Assembly: GCA_963796775.1 (NCBI GenBank)
Contig: CAWCMZ010000002.1
Coordinates: forward strand, 368,066 to 432,065
Length of the DNA: 64,000 bases
Source of the DNA: an uncultured Alphaproteobacteria bacterium
GTDB taxonomy: Bacteria; Pseudomonadota; Alphaproteobacteria; Rhizobiales; Devosiaceae
Reading direction: 5' to 3'
In this document: one piece after another, positions 33,452 through 44,341 of the stretch
Layout of the letters: every line of letters begins with the position of its first letter
Numbering within the stretch: the first letter of the stretch is position 1
Made by a program: the position numbers and the translations under genes
Notes under the pieces: model-generated
The model's input: only the letters and a program-made list of their open reading frames with translations
Databases searched by the model: none
What the model was told of the DNA's origin: nothing

Positions 33452-33691
33452 ATGACCGGCCATGGTGATGACGACCGTCTGAACACAGCGCTTGAGACCA
33501 TCGATGCCTCGAAGCGTGTCGCTATGCGCAAGCTTCTGGTCGGGGCGGCCTTTGTCCCGCCCGTCGTTGCATCGTTCGCGATTAACGGGATGATGGTGAC
33601 TTCCGCGCAAGCGCAGGGCATCGACGAACTCGAGCCTGTCCAACCAGACCAACCAGACCTGACGGTCGAGCGCGATAGCCACATCCAATAG
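33452..33691 (+). CDS. Putative RiPP precursor peptide (79 aa as written; 69 aa ending at 33662 if one G is removed from 33616-33618)
   Basis: RBS GAGGA, ATG 33452; leader DASKRVAMRKLLVGAAFVPPVVASF..AQA; central position in a cluster that contains an RRE. Confidence 0.7.
   Translation: MTGHGDDDRLNTALETIDASKRVAMRKLLVGAAFVPPVVASFAINGMMVTSAQAQGIDELEPVQPDQPDLTVERDSHIQ
33641..33659 (+). repeat. 9-bp tandem repeat (CAACCAGAC)x2
   Basis: caaccagac caaccagac c; encodes NQT-NQT in the shifted frame. Confidence 0.8.
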
Positions 33692-33701
33692 AAGCAGCGA
33701 T

Positions 33702-34805
33702 TTGCCGTCAGGCGTTCGCGTTTCCGCTGCGCTCATTGTTCGGGACGAAGAGAAGTTCATCGAGGGGTGCCTGGCGTCGGTCGCAGGGCATGTTGATGAG
33801 ATTGTGGTCGTCGACACGGGGTCTCAGGACGCCACCATCCAGATCGTCGAGCGTTTTGGCGCGTTGCTGCTGCACCGCAAGTGGCGCGACGACTTTGCCT
33901 GGGCCCGCAACGAAGCACTGGCGGCAGCGACCGGTGACTGGATTCTCTACATAGACGCCGACGAGCGTCTGAGCTTACCCCCCGGTACCAGGCTTTCCGA
34001 CGGTCTCGACATCGCGGACGTCATTGCAGCGCGGGTGCAGTTTCGTCCCCGACCGAACGCCACGCCGTATCGCGAGTATCGCCTCTTTCGCAACACCCCT
34101 GACATTCGCTTTCGCGGCACCATGCACGAGACCATTGTCCCCGACCTGAGGCGGCTGCAGGCGACAGGCGGCCGCATTGTCGACAGCCCTGCCGAAATCC
34201 TGCATCTCGGCTATGAGGGTGACCAGTCCGCCAAGAATGTCCGCAACATCCCCCTGTTGCGCGCAGCGTTGGCGAATGAGCCCGAGCGTCTCTACTACTG
34301 GCACCATCTCATCGCGACACTGGATGCCATGGGCGACACCGACGAGGCGATCGCCGTAGCCAAGGAGGCCCACGGACGGATTACCGGTGCCGATCTCAGC
34401 CCACCCGACCGAGCTGTCGCGGCGCTCATCCTTACGACCTACGCGCGGATGCTCTATCGCCGCGGCGAGGATGTGTTGCCGATCATCGAGCAGGGCCTGG
34501 AACTCTATCCGACCCACGCACAGCTGCAATTGCTGAAGGCGCAGGCGCTGATCAAGCGCGATCAGCTCGACGCGGCGCTGGTCATCCTTGAAGATTTGGC
34601 GACCATCGATGGGGCCACCTTCGCCGACCCCGTGCTGTCGCATGACCGCCGCATCTTCGACGTTTTCGCGCACGACCTGATGGGCGTTGTGCTGTTGCGT
34701 CTTGGCAGACGCGCGGAAGCCGCCGAGGCGTTTGGCCGCGCAGCCAAGGGCGCACCCGACGAACTTTCCTACCGGGTGAAGGCCGCAGCACTCAGGCAGA
34801 GCTGA
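33702..34805 (+). CDS. GT2 glycosyltransferase with C-terminal TPR-like helices (SunS-like architecture)
   Basis: LIVRDEE, DEIVVVDTGSQDAT, DDFAWARN, IDADE, FRGTMHE, ILHLGY, then TPR-like repeats. Confidence 0.87.
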   Translation: MPSGVRVSAALIVRDEEKFIEGCLASVAGHVDEIVVVDTGSQDATIQIVERFGALLLHRKWRDDFAWARNEALAAATGDWILYIDADERLSLPPGTRLSDGLDIADVIAARVQFRPRPNATPYREYRLFRNTPDIRFRGTMHETIVPDLRRLQATGGRIVDSPAEILHLGYEGDQSAKNVRNIPLLRAALANEPERLYYWHHLIATLDAMGDTDEAIAVAKEAHGRITGADLSPPDRAVAALILTTYARMLYRRGEDVLPIIEQGLELYPTHAQLQLLKAQALIKRDQLDAALVILEDLATIDGATFADPVLSHDRRIFDVFAHDLMGVVLLRLGRRAEAAEAFGRAAKGAPDELSYRVKAAALRQS

Positions 34806-35922
34806 TGGTCGACGGTGCAAGCAGCGACTGCACTACTTTGAGACGAAGCGCCTGCCGTCCGAACCAGCTGCCACCCCCCTGAGCGCGTTTCAGCCGCGCA
34901 CCAGCCATGCCGAGCAGCAATTCTCCCGCCACACCATCGTAATTGCCGCGCCGGTGCTCGCGGCCCCCGATCGTCCGCGCGCGGACGGTTGCGTCCGCCT
35001 GGATCGCGAACGGCGCGTCCACCGGCAGCCGGAGCTCTTCGGCGGCTGCCGCCAGCCACAGATCGAGCATGGCGAGGAGGCGCGGGTGCGTGGCGGCGAG
35101 GGCCGCTAGGTCATCGCGTTCGTCCTCGGTCAGCGCCGCAAAGCCCTTGGCGAATTCGTAGAGCCCCTTCAGGCTCATCAGCCCGAACTTATCACCCCGA
35201 TGCGCGATGTGGTGATGTACCGCGCAGTACAGCAGATCAAGGTGCGGCGGCAGGATGCGAACCACCGAGCCATCGCGACCGGTGACCGGCACGCTCTGCG
35301 TCCAGAGCATCGGGGTCGGCAGCAACAGGTCGGCGCGGCGCATCGCGCCGCGATCGTGGAACTCCAACCAGCCAGGCAGGTCGTCGCGATAAAGGTTGAG
35401 TTCATGATGCCAACCGGCAGGGTTTTCGTACCCGGGCATTGGTGCGTAGCCGGCCTTGTGTGCGATCTCCTGCGCCGCTCCGGCGCGTCCGGGCGTCAGC
35501 AGATCGAGGTCGCCCATCGACCGCCAGTCGGGTGCGCCGGTCCATAGCGATCGCGCTCCCTTGAGCAGAACGGGTTCGATGCCCGCCCTGTTGAGCAGCC
35601 CCGCCAGCTCGACGAGCCGATCCAGCTTGCTTGCGCGATTGGCCCGATGCTCGGCCAGCCGGTCGGCTAGCGCCTGTGTGATCGTCTGCAGCCCGTCGGC
35701 GGATCGCAGCGCCGGAATGCCTGCCAGCAGATGCTTGTCTTCGGCGTCCGATGCCAGCGCCGCAAGTAGCGACCGATCCGCAGCCGCCCGCAGCACCCCA
35801 TCCCATCCGCCCCCGATCAGGCGCTGGCGCAGTGCGAGCATCTCGGCGGGGGAGAGGGAAAAGGCGAGGCAGAGGCGAAGCTCCGCAACCGGGTCAGCCG
35901 ACGGCCCTGTCGAAGAGGTCAT
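34792..35922 (-). CDS. Nucleotidyltransferase family protein (NTP_transf_5-like)
   Basis: AGIEPVLLKGA, RSMGDLDLL, LEFH, YCAVH. Confidence 0.8.
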   Translation of the reverse strand: MTSSTGPSADPVAELRLCLAFSLSPAEMLALRQRLIGGGWDGVLRAAADRSLLAALASDAEDKHLLAGIPALRSADGLQTITQALADRLAEHRANRASKLDRLVELAGLLNRAGIEPVLLKGARSLWTGAPDWRSMGDLDLLTPGRAGAAQEIAHKAGYAPMPGYENPAGWHHELNLYRDDLPGWLEFHDRGAMRRADLLLPTPMLWTQSVPVTGRDGSVVRILPPHLDLLYCAVHHHIAHRGDKFGLMSLKGLYEFAKGFAALTEDERDDLAALAATHPRLLAMLDLWLAAAAEELRLPVDAPFAIQADATVRARTIGGREHRRGNYDGVAGELLLGMAGARLKRAQGGGSWFGRQALRLKVVQSLLAPSTISSA

Positions 35923-35927
35923 CCGGC

Positions 35928-36689
35928 TCAGCTTCTGCGGTGATAGACTTCGAGGTCAGGCAGCCCCCAGCACTGGATGCCCATGTCAGAGGCCATGATG
36001 CCAAGGCCCTCGGTCTCGATCTCACCAAGCCCCCACTCGCTGCCCTTGGAGCGGATTCGGTTGCTCCTGACCCCGTATGGAAAGGGTGGAAAGATCAGCC
36101 CCTCACGATGCAGATCGGCACGGATCAGCAGCATCGTCCCGCCAACGGCATCCAGCCGGACGGCACCTTTGCCGCGCCGGTGCTGCAGTAGTGTCTTGCC
36201 ATCGTCTGTCCACGAGTTGGCATCGAAACTGCCACCACCCGGTTGCGTAACGGCGTGCGGCGTCACGATGTCAAAGCCGGTGGCCAGCAGCTGGGCAATG
36301 ATGTCGGGGGGATATTCGACCATGTCCACATCGATCCAGAGGACCCAGTCCTCGTCGCGCAGCGCCGAGAACAACAGCCGATTGCGCGCCCGGGCGAGTG
36401 TCTTGCGACGGATCAGCTGGTAGGCGTTCGTCCACCGGTGCAGTCCACGCGGAGCGGCGAAGCCGAAGTCATGGTTGGCAAGCGTCACGCGGGAGAACCG
36501 GGCTTCCAGCCTGGGTCTGAGCTCAGCAAGCTGGTTTGCGGTGCCGTCGGTGCTGTCACCTTCGAGTATTCCGAGCGTCAGCCGTTCCGCTGGCCATTGC
36601 AGCACCTCCAGCAGTTCGACATAACGCGGAAGATGGGCCGCTGCGGTTTTGACCGGCGTCAGGATAAGGACTTTGGGGTGATCGTTCAC
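35928..36689 (-). CDS. GT62-like (Anp1/Mnn9/Van1-type) glycosyltransferase
   Basis: RBS GAGGAG, GTG 36689; KVLILTPVK, LEGDSTDGT, RRKTLARARNRLLFSAL, WVLWIDVD, LDAVGGTMLLIRADLHREGLIFP, IETEGLG. Confidence 0.82.
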   Translation of the reverse strand: MNDHPKVLILTPVKTAAAHLPRYVELLEVLQWPAERLTLGILEGDSTDGTANQLAELRPRLEARFSRVTLANHDFGFAAPRGLHRWTNAYQLIRRKTLARARNRLLFSALRDEDWVLWIDVDMVEYPPDIIAQLLATGFDIVTPHAVTQPGGGSFDANSWTDDGKTLLQHRRGKGAVRLDAVGGTMLLIRADLHREGLIFPPFPYGVRSNRIRSKGSEWGLGEIETEGLGIMASDMGIQCWGLPDLEVYHRRS

Positions 36690-36791
36690 TTCATCTCCTC
36701 GCCGGCTTGGCAGTTGGCCAGACGGCGTTACAATGCCTTCCCGTCTCGCTGTAGCCAAGGGTCCAGCGAGGCGCCGCACCTGGAGAGAGAA

Positions 36792-37091
36792 TTGACTGAA
36801 GAAATCGATCGCGAAGCCGTTTTCTCCATCGCACCGGGCCTCGAGGTCACGCCGGTGCCCGATGGCTCAATGATCTACCAGAATTCGCGGGAGCGCGTTC
36901 ACTACCTCAATCCCACGGCGACAATCGTCTTCGAATTGTGTGGGATGGGCAAATCGTTCGCCGACATCGAAAGTTTCATCAGTGACGGTTTCGCGCTGGG
37001 CGCCCCGCCATCCGATGACATCCGCGCCTGCCTCAATTCTCTGCTTGTTGAGGGGCTGGTGACCGGCGCTGGTGCGCCGGTCAATCAGTGA
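36792..37091 (+). CDS. Stand-alone PqqD-family RiPP recognition element (RRE)
   Basis: RBS GGAGAG, TTG start; [35 protein letters not shown]. Confidence 0.85.
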   Translation: MTEEIDREAVFSIAPGLEVTPVPDGSMIYQNSRERVHYLNPTATIVFELCGMGKSFADIESFISDGFALGAPPSDDIRACLNSLLVEGLVTGAGAPVNQ

Positions 37092-37146
37092 CCTCGTGCG
37101 CGCTCGATCAGATGGCCCTGTGGGATAGCGAGCGCGGCCGCTTCAC

Positions 37147-37925
<779 letters not shown>

Positions 37926-37926
<1 letters not shown>

Positions 37927-38718
37927 CAGTGTGCGCCCTCCGGTGCGGCCGGGCCGCCGAGATAGGCCTCCTGCACCACCGGGTCGTTGCGGACCTGATC
38001 GGGCGTACCTTCGGCGATGATCCGGCCGCCGGCAAGCACCGAAATCCGGTCGGCGAGCGAGAACACGACGTGCATGTCGTGCTCGATGATGACCTTGGTC
38101 ATGCCGCGCGCCTTGATCTTCTTGAGCAGCTCGATGGTGGTGTTGGTGTCGTGCCGGCTCATGCCCGCGGTCGGCTCGTCGAGCAGCAGCAGCCGCGGGT
38201 GCTGGATCAGGCACATGGCGAGTTCCATGCGCCGCTTGTCGCCGCGGCTCAGCGCGCCGGCATGGGCATGCGCGCTGGCCGTGCAGGCCCACGTCCTCGA
38301 GCGTCGCCTCGGCCTCCTCACGAATCTCGCGTCTCGCTGTCGAGCGCCTTGATGAAGTTCAGCTTGAACGGCGCCGTCGCGCTTGGCGAAGGCCGGCGTC
38401 ATCACGTTGTGCAGCACCGACAGATCGGGAAAGATTTCCGGCGTCTGGAACACCCGCGCGACGCCCATCTGGTTGATCTGGTGGGGCTGCTTGCCGGTCA
38501 GGATCTGCCCGTCGAACACCACCGCGCCGCTGGTCGGGGCCAGCCGGCCGACGATGACGTTCAGCAGCGTCGACTTGCCGGCCCCGTTCGGTCCGATGAT
38601 CGCGAGGGTCTCGCCCTCGCTCGACCGTCAGATCGATGTCGGCCAGCGCGTGCAGACCGCCGAAGGTCTTGTGGACGTCATCGACGTGCAGGACGACGTT
38701 GTTCTGGCCGGTGGTCAC
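37926..38718 (-). CDS. Liv-type ABC ATP-binding protein (LivG-like); frameshifted
   Basis: [29 protein letters not shown]. Confidence 0.88.
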
Positions 38719-38728
38719 GCGCTGCCTC

Positions 38729-39926
38729 CTATTCCGCCGGCTGAGACGCGACGGCCTCAGGTCCGGGGCCGCCCGATCTGCGGGAGCGGACATAGCTGCC
38801 CAGAGGCGCCGCGCGCCCTCCATCATGCCGCCGGGCAGGAACACCACGACCAGAACGAAGACCAGCCCGAGCGTCAGCTGCCAGCCATCGCCCACGAAGG
38901 GGCGGACGATGTCGACGACGAAGTCGCGGACGCCGTCGGGCAGCCAGCCGAACCAGTCGTGCAGGACGCTCTCGTTGATCTTGGAGAAGATGTTCTCGAA
39001 ATACTTGATGAACCCCGCGCCGAGGACCGGCCCCATCAGCGTACCCGCGCCGCCCGAGGATGGTCATCAGCACGACTTCGCCCGAAGCGGTCCACTGCAT
39101 GCGCTCGGCGCCCGCCAGCGGGTCCATCGCCGCCAGCAGGCCGCCGGCCAGCCCGGCATACATGCCCGAGATCACGAAGGCGCTCAGCATATAGGGCCGG
39201 GTGTTGATGCCGGCGTAGCTGAGGCGCGTGCGGTTGGTCTTGATGGCCCGCAGGATCATGCCGAAGGGCGAGCGGAAGATGCGCAGCGAGAGGTAGAAGG
39301 CGACGATCGCGATGATCGGCGGTGAAGTAGTAGCCGACGTTGAAGGTGAAGACCCAGTCGCCGAGGCTCACCTTGGCGCTATCGTTCATCACCAGGCCGA
39401 ACAGGTGCGGCGAGGTCGGCGAGCCGGGCCCATCAGCACCTGCGGGTCGTTGCCGTAGACCTGCAGCCCCGTCTCGCCATTGGTGAGCGGCGTCAGCACC
39501 GAATAGGCGAGGTTGTAGCACATCTGGGCGAAGGCGAGCGTCAGGATCGAAAAGTAGATGCCGGAGCGCCGCAGGGAGATGAAGCCGATGAACAGCGCAA
39601 AGATCGCCGGAAACGACGACCGCCAGCACCAGGCCGGGCAGCACGTTGAAGTCCAGCAGCTTGTACATCCAGACGACGCTGTAGGAGCCGACGCCCAGAA
39701 ACGCCGCGTGGCCGAAGCTGAGATAGCCGGTCAGCCCGAACAGGATGTTGAAGCCGATCGCGAAGATTCCGTAGATCGCGAAGCGCTGCATCAGATCGGG
39801 GTAGCCGGCGTTGAACTGCGCCAGCCCGGAGCCTTCGGGAAACGGCTGCAGCAGGATCGGCGTCGCCAGCGTCAAAACCACGACGAGCAGCAGGAAGCGC
39901 GTGTCGTTCTTGCTCAGCCCGAGCAT
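38729..39926 (-). CDS. Liv-type ABC permease (LivM-like); frameshifted
   Basis: [39 protein letters not shown]. Confidence 0.87.
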
Positions 39927-39930
39927 GGCC

Positions 39931-40965
39931 TCACTCCTCCATCACGCCCTGCCGGCCCAGGAGGCCGCGCGGGCGGGTCAGCAGGATGATGATCGCGACC
40001 AGGTAGATGATGACCTGGTCGATGCCGGGGATCATCGCCTTGATCTCGTTCATCGAGGCGAAGGATTGCAGGATGCCGAGCAGGAAGCCCGCGAGCACCG
40101 CGCCGGGCAGCGATCCCATGCCGCCCACCACGACCACGACGAAGCGAGAGCACCAGGAAGTCCATGCCCATGTGGTAGTTCGGGCGAGAGGATCGGCGCG
40201 TACATCACGCCGGCTACGCCCGCGACGACCGCGGCGATGCCGAACATGATGGTGAAGCGCCGGTCGATATTGATGCCGAGCAGGCCGACCGTTTCGCGGT
40301 CGCTCATGCCGGCGCGCACGACCATGCCGAACGTGGTGAAGCTGCAGGAAGGCGAACACGCCACCAATGACCACCGCGGCGAACAGGAAATAGACCATCC
40401 GCCAATAGGGATAGATGATCGCGTTCGGGCCGAAGCCGATCAGCGCGCCGAAGTCGAACGACCCCGTGAAGAGCGCCCGGCGCGCCGGTCTGGATCGGGT
40501 TGGCGCCGAAGAAGAACTTGACCACTTCCTGCAGCACGATGGCGAGGCCGAAGGTCACGAGAATCTGATCGGCATGCGGGCGCTTGTAGAAGTGCTTGAT
40601 CAGACCCCGCTCCATCGCGACGCCGACCACGAGCATGACAGGGATGGCCAGCAGGATCGCCAGCGGAACGGACCAGTCGATCAGCGCCGCGCCGAGGTCG
40701 GGGCCGAACCAGCTCTCGACGTAGGGCACCTTGACCTTGAGCGGATTGCCCAGAAAGTCCTTCTGCGTGTCGTCGATCTGCTCGAACGAGAGCCCGAGCA
40801 GCCGCTGCAGCGTCACGGCGCAGAAGGCACCGATCATGAACAGCGCGCCGTGGGCGAAATTGACCACACCGAGCGTGCCGAAGATGAGCGTCAGCCCCAG
40901 CGCGATCAGCGCATAGGCGGACCCTTGTCGAGGCCATTCAGAATCTGCAGGATTATGGCGTCCAT
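39931..40965 (-). CDS. Liv-type ABC permease (LivH-like); frameshifted
   Basis: ALGLTLIFGTLGVVNFAHGA, VVVVVGGMGS, RPRGLLG. Confidence 0.87.
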
Positions 40966-41084
40966 GTCGCCGGCCCCTCAAAGACGCCCACGGCGTACCG
41001 GTTGCACGATACGCCATGGTGCCTTGTAGCAGCCAACCGCGCATCTGCGCGATTGGCGAATGTCCCAGGTTTTTCGAGCCGGTG

Positions 41085-42490
41085 CTACGCGCCCGGATTG
41101 CAGGCGCCGAGCGAGGCTTCGGGGCCACCGAACATCGCGTTGTCCGGCTCGTACCAGACCTGGCTGACGGGCGTGTTGTCCACGATCTCCAGAGTGTCGT
41201 ACTCGTTGGAGGGATTTTCCTTGCCCTTCATGACCAGCACATCCTTGAAGCACTGGTGGTCGGCCGACCGGTAGAGCGTCTTGCCAGTGCCCAGCCCATC
41301 GAACAGGAAGCCCTTGTTGGATGGGGAATCGATGCCGTCGAGGCTGCCGGTGTTCTCTCCAGCGCGGCAACGACGTCGCACGGATTGAAGCTGCCGGCGC
41401 GTTCGACTGCGTCCGCATAGAGCAGAATCTGCGCGTAGCAGGTCTGCGCCGAGTTGGACGGCGGATGGCCGTACTTCTCGCCGAACGACTTGACGAACGC
41501 CTTGGTGCCTTCGTCGGAGAGCTGCCAGTTCCAGTTCATCGAGCCGTAGACGCCCTTGATGTCGTCGCCGGCGCCTTCGGCCATCAGCTCGGAGTAGAGC
41601 GGAACGATGATCTCGAAGTTCTTGCCGTTGGCCTGCTTGTCGCGGAGGCCGAACTGGACCGCCTGGGTCAGCGAGTTGACCATGTCGCCGCCGTACTCGT
41701 TCAGGATCAGCACGTCGGCGCCGGAGTTCAGGACCGGAGCAATGTAGGACGAGAAGTCGCCCGCGCCGACCGGGGTCAGGACGTTCTGCACGGTCTGCCA
41801 GCCAAGGGCCTCGGTCGCCTTGGCGATCGAATTCCTGCTGGGTCCAGCCCCAGGTGTAGTCGGCGGTCAGGTGATAGGCCCGCCGCTCGGCGCCGTAGGC
41901 CTTGCTCAGCACCGGAGCGAGGGCCGCGCCGGACATGTAGGCGTCGAAGAAGTGACGGAAGCCGTTGGCCTTGCGGTCCTTGCCGGTGGTGTCGTTGGAG
42001 TGGGTCAGGCCGGCCATGAAAATGATGCCGGCTTCCTGGCACAGGCCCTGCACGGCGACGGCGACGCCCGAGGACGAACCGCCATTGATCATGACGACGC
42101 CGTCCTTCTGGATCATCGACTGGGCCGACGCCCGCGCCGCGTCCGACTTGGTCTGCGTGTCGCCGGTGACGTACTCGACCTTCTTGCCCAGGATGCCATT
42201 TCCCTTGAGCATCTTGGAGCTGAAGGTGTTGAGCATGCCGCCGTCGCCTTCACCATTGAGGTGTTCGACGGCAAGCTGCTGGGCGAGCAGTTCGTCCTTG
42301 CCCTCGGCGGCGTACGGGCCTGTCTGCGGCACGTTGAAGCCAAGCTTGACCGTGCTGCCGGTCGGCTCGTTGGTGTAGGCGTAGGCGCTGCGACGTGAAG
42401 ATCAGCGGCGCGACGCCTGTGGCGAGAATTCCGGCAAGGCCCGCCTTTCAGCACACCGCGACGGCTCGAACCCGTCTTGAGTATGGTCAT
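41085..42490 (-). CDS. Liv-type ABC substrate-binding protein with Tat signal; frameshifted
   Basis: SRRGVLK, PQTGPYAAEG, GGSSSGVAVA, TADYTWG, DHQC. Confidence 0.87.
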
Positions 42491-42665
42491 TAGTTCTCCT
42501 CCTTTTCGCGGGGGCCGGTACGTCGCCGACACACTCTCCGCCTCGCGCAGTATCTCACGGTGTGTCAAAGAAACAATATCCATTGATGAAATCATTACGA
42601 CTTTTTGTAAATTCTTGACTTCTGCCCTTGCATAGGTTGTCAATACGTTGACTCGGAAGGACAGC

Positions 42666-44296
42666 ATGCGGGCGACCGATCGGCCTCAGAATCAGCACGC
42701 GGCGCAAGGCGCGCGGCCTCTCGCAGGCCGAGCTGGCCCGTCGCGTCGGGATCTCACCGAGCTATCTGAATCTGATCGAGCGCAACAAACGCGATGTCGG
42801 TGGCGCTCTGTTGGGGCGCATCGCCCTGGAACTCGCGATCGAACTCAGTGAACTTTCCGGCGAGGCCGAGCACAGGCTGATCAGCGGCCTCGAAGAGGCG
42901 CTCGCCGACCCAGTCCTGCAGCCGCTGGGTTTCGCCGACGGCGCATCGCGACAACTGGTGGCCGAGCACCCGATGGCGGCAAACGCGATTGTGCGCCTGC
43001 ATCACGCCTACCTCGGTGCGCAGGCCAGCGCCGAGGATTATGCCGGCCGCCTGCGGTCTGATCCCCTGTTCAGCCAGTTGCTGCACCAGATTCTCTCCGG
43101 CATCACCGCGGCTCGCTCCAGCGCCGAGATTCTCGAAGAGGTGCCGGGACTTGCCGATGACGAGCGGCGACGCTTCGTCGACACCATCGCCCGCGAGACG
43201 CGCGGGCTGACCGATGTGGCACGCACCCTGATTGGGCACTTTGACCGCGAGGCCGGCAGCCGGCGCGCTGCCACACCGGTACGCGAGCTTGATGATCTGA
43301 TCTTCGCGCACGACAATTATTTCCCGCGTCTTGAGGCCATTGCTGCCGACCTCAGAGCCGAGGTCGAAGGACGTCGGCAGTTTGATGAGACGGCGCTGGC
43401 GGAGGTGCTGGATCGCGCAGTTCGGTGTCTCGGTGGTCCGTAGCGCCGGCCGCGAGGTCGATTCGCTCGGCTTTCCAGGCCAGTACCTGTTCAACTCGAA
43501 CACGCGGGTGATGTGGTTCCAGACCAGTGCCACGGCGGCCACGCGGCAGTTCCAACTGGCGCGGCTGTTTGCCGAGCTCTGCGCGGCGCAGGCGGTCGAA
43601 GCGGAAACGACATCGCCGCTGCTTACCAGCGAGACGTCGCGCCGCCTCGCCTATCGGGCGCTGTCCTCCTACCTCGCCGGGGCACTGGTGTTTCCGTATG
43701 ACCGGTTCCTGGTTGACGCCAAAGCGTTGCACTACGACGTCGAGGCCCTGCGGCAGCTCTATGTCGCGAGCTTCGAACAGGTCGCTCATCGCCTCGTGAC
43801 GCTTCGCCGTCCCGGTGCCGAGGGCATCCCCTTCGGCTTTCTGCGGGCCGATCCTGCCGGCCGGCTGACCAAGCACTTTCCGCTGCCGGGTCTGTTGCTG
43901 CCCGGCAGTGGACACGCTTGTCCGCGCTGGGCCATCTACAACGCGTTCCGCCACCCGGACGAACTGCAGCGGCAGGTGGCACGGTTCACCGGCGGTTCGC
44001 GCTATCTGTTTGTCGCCAAGGCCAGCACAAGGCGGGTCGCGAGCTTCCAGGACAGTGCCGTCCACACCTCGGTGATGCTGGCCTGCGACATCCTGCATGC
44101 CGATCGCACCATTTATGCCTCCGGGCTGGATCTCGCCGATGCTGCCGCCGACGTGCCCGTCGGGCCGTCCTGTCGCCTCTGCACCCGCCGCGACTGCGCC
44201 GACCGGCAGGAGGAGGCACCAGCGCCTGGTGGCGGGCAGGCGGCGATTCGTGCGCCGCTGGTGCCGCGTGGGCTTTTGACCGGAGCCCGGGATTAG
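42666..44296 (+). CDS. XRE-family short-chain fatty acyl-CoA regulator (ScfR/RamB/PrpR type); frameshifted
   Basis: ISPSYLNLIERNKR HTH, NYFPRLE, SFEQVAHRLVTLRRPG, ACPRW, GPSCRLCTRRDCADR. Confidence 0.87.
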
Positions 44297-44341
44297 GCTT
44301 TAGTGCAGAGGCTGCAGAGGGGAGACTGCGGCAAAGGGGGA

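Noticed and set aside
33452-33691. Lasso peptide or classical glycocin call for the precursor
   Set aside because: No lasso cyclase or B2 protease in the cluster; no Cys, double-Gly leader or peptidase-ABC as expected for glycocins
36792-37091. PQQ biosynthesis
   Set aside because: No pqqA/B/C/E nearby; this is a generic RRE
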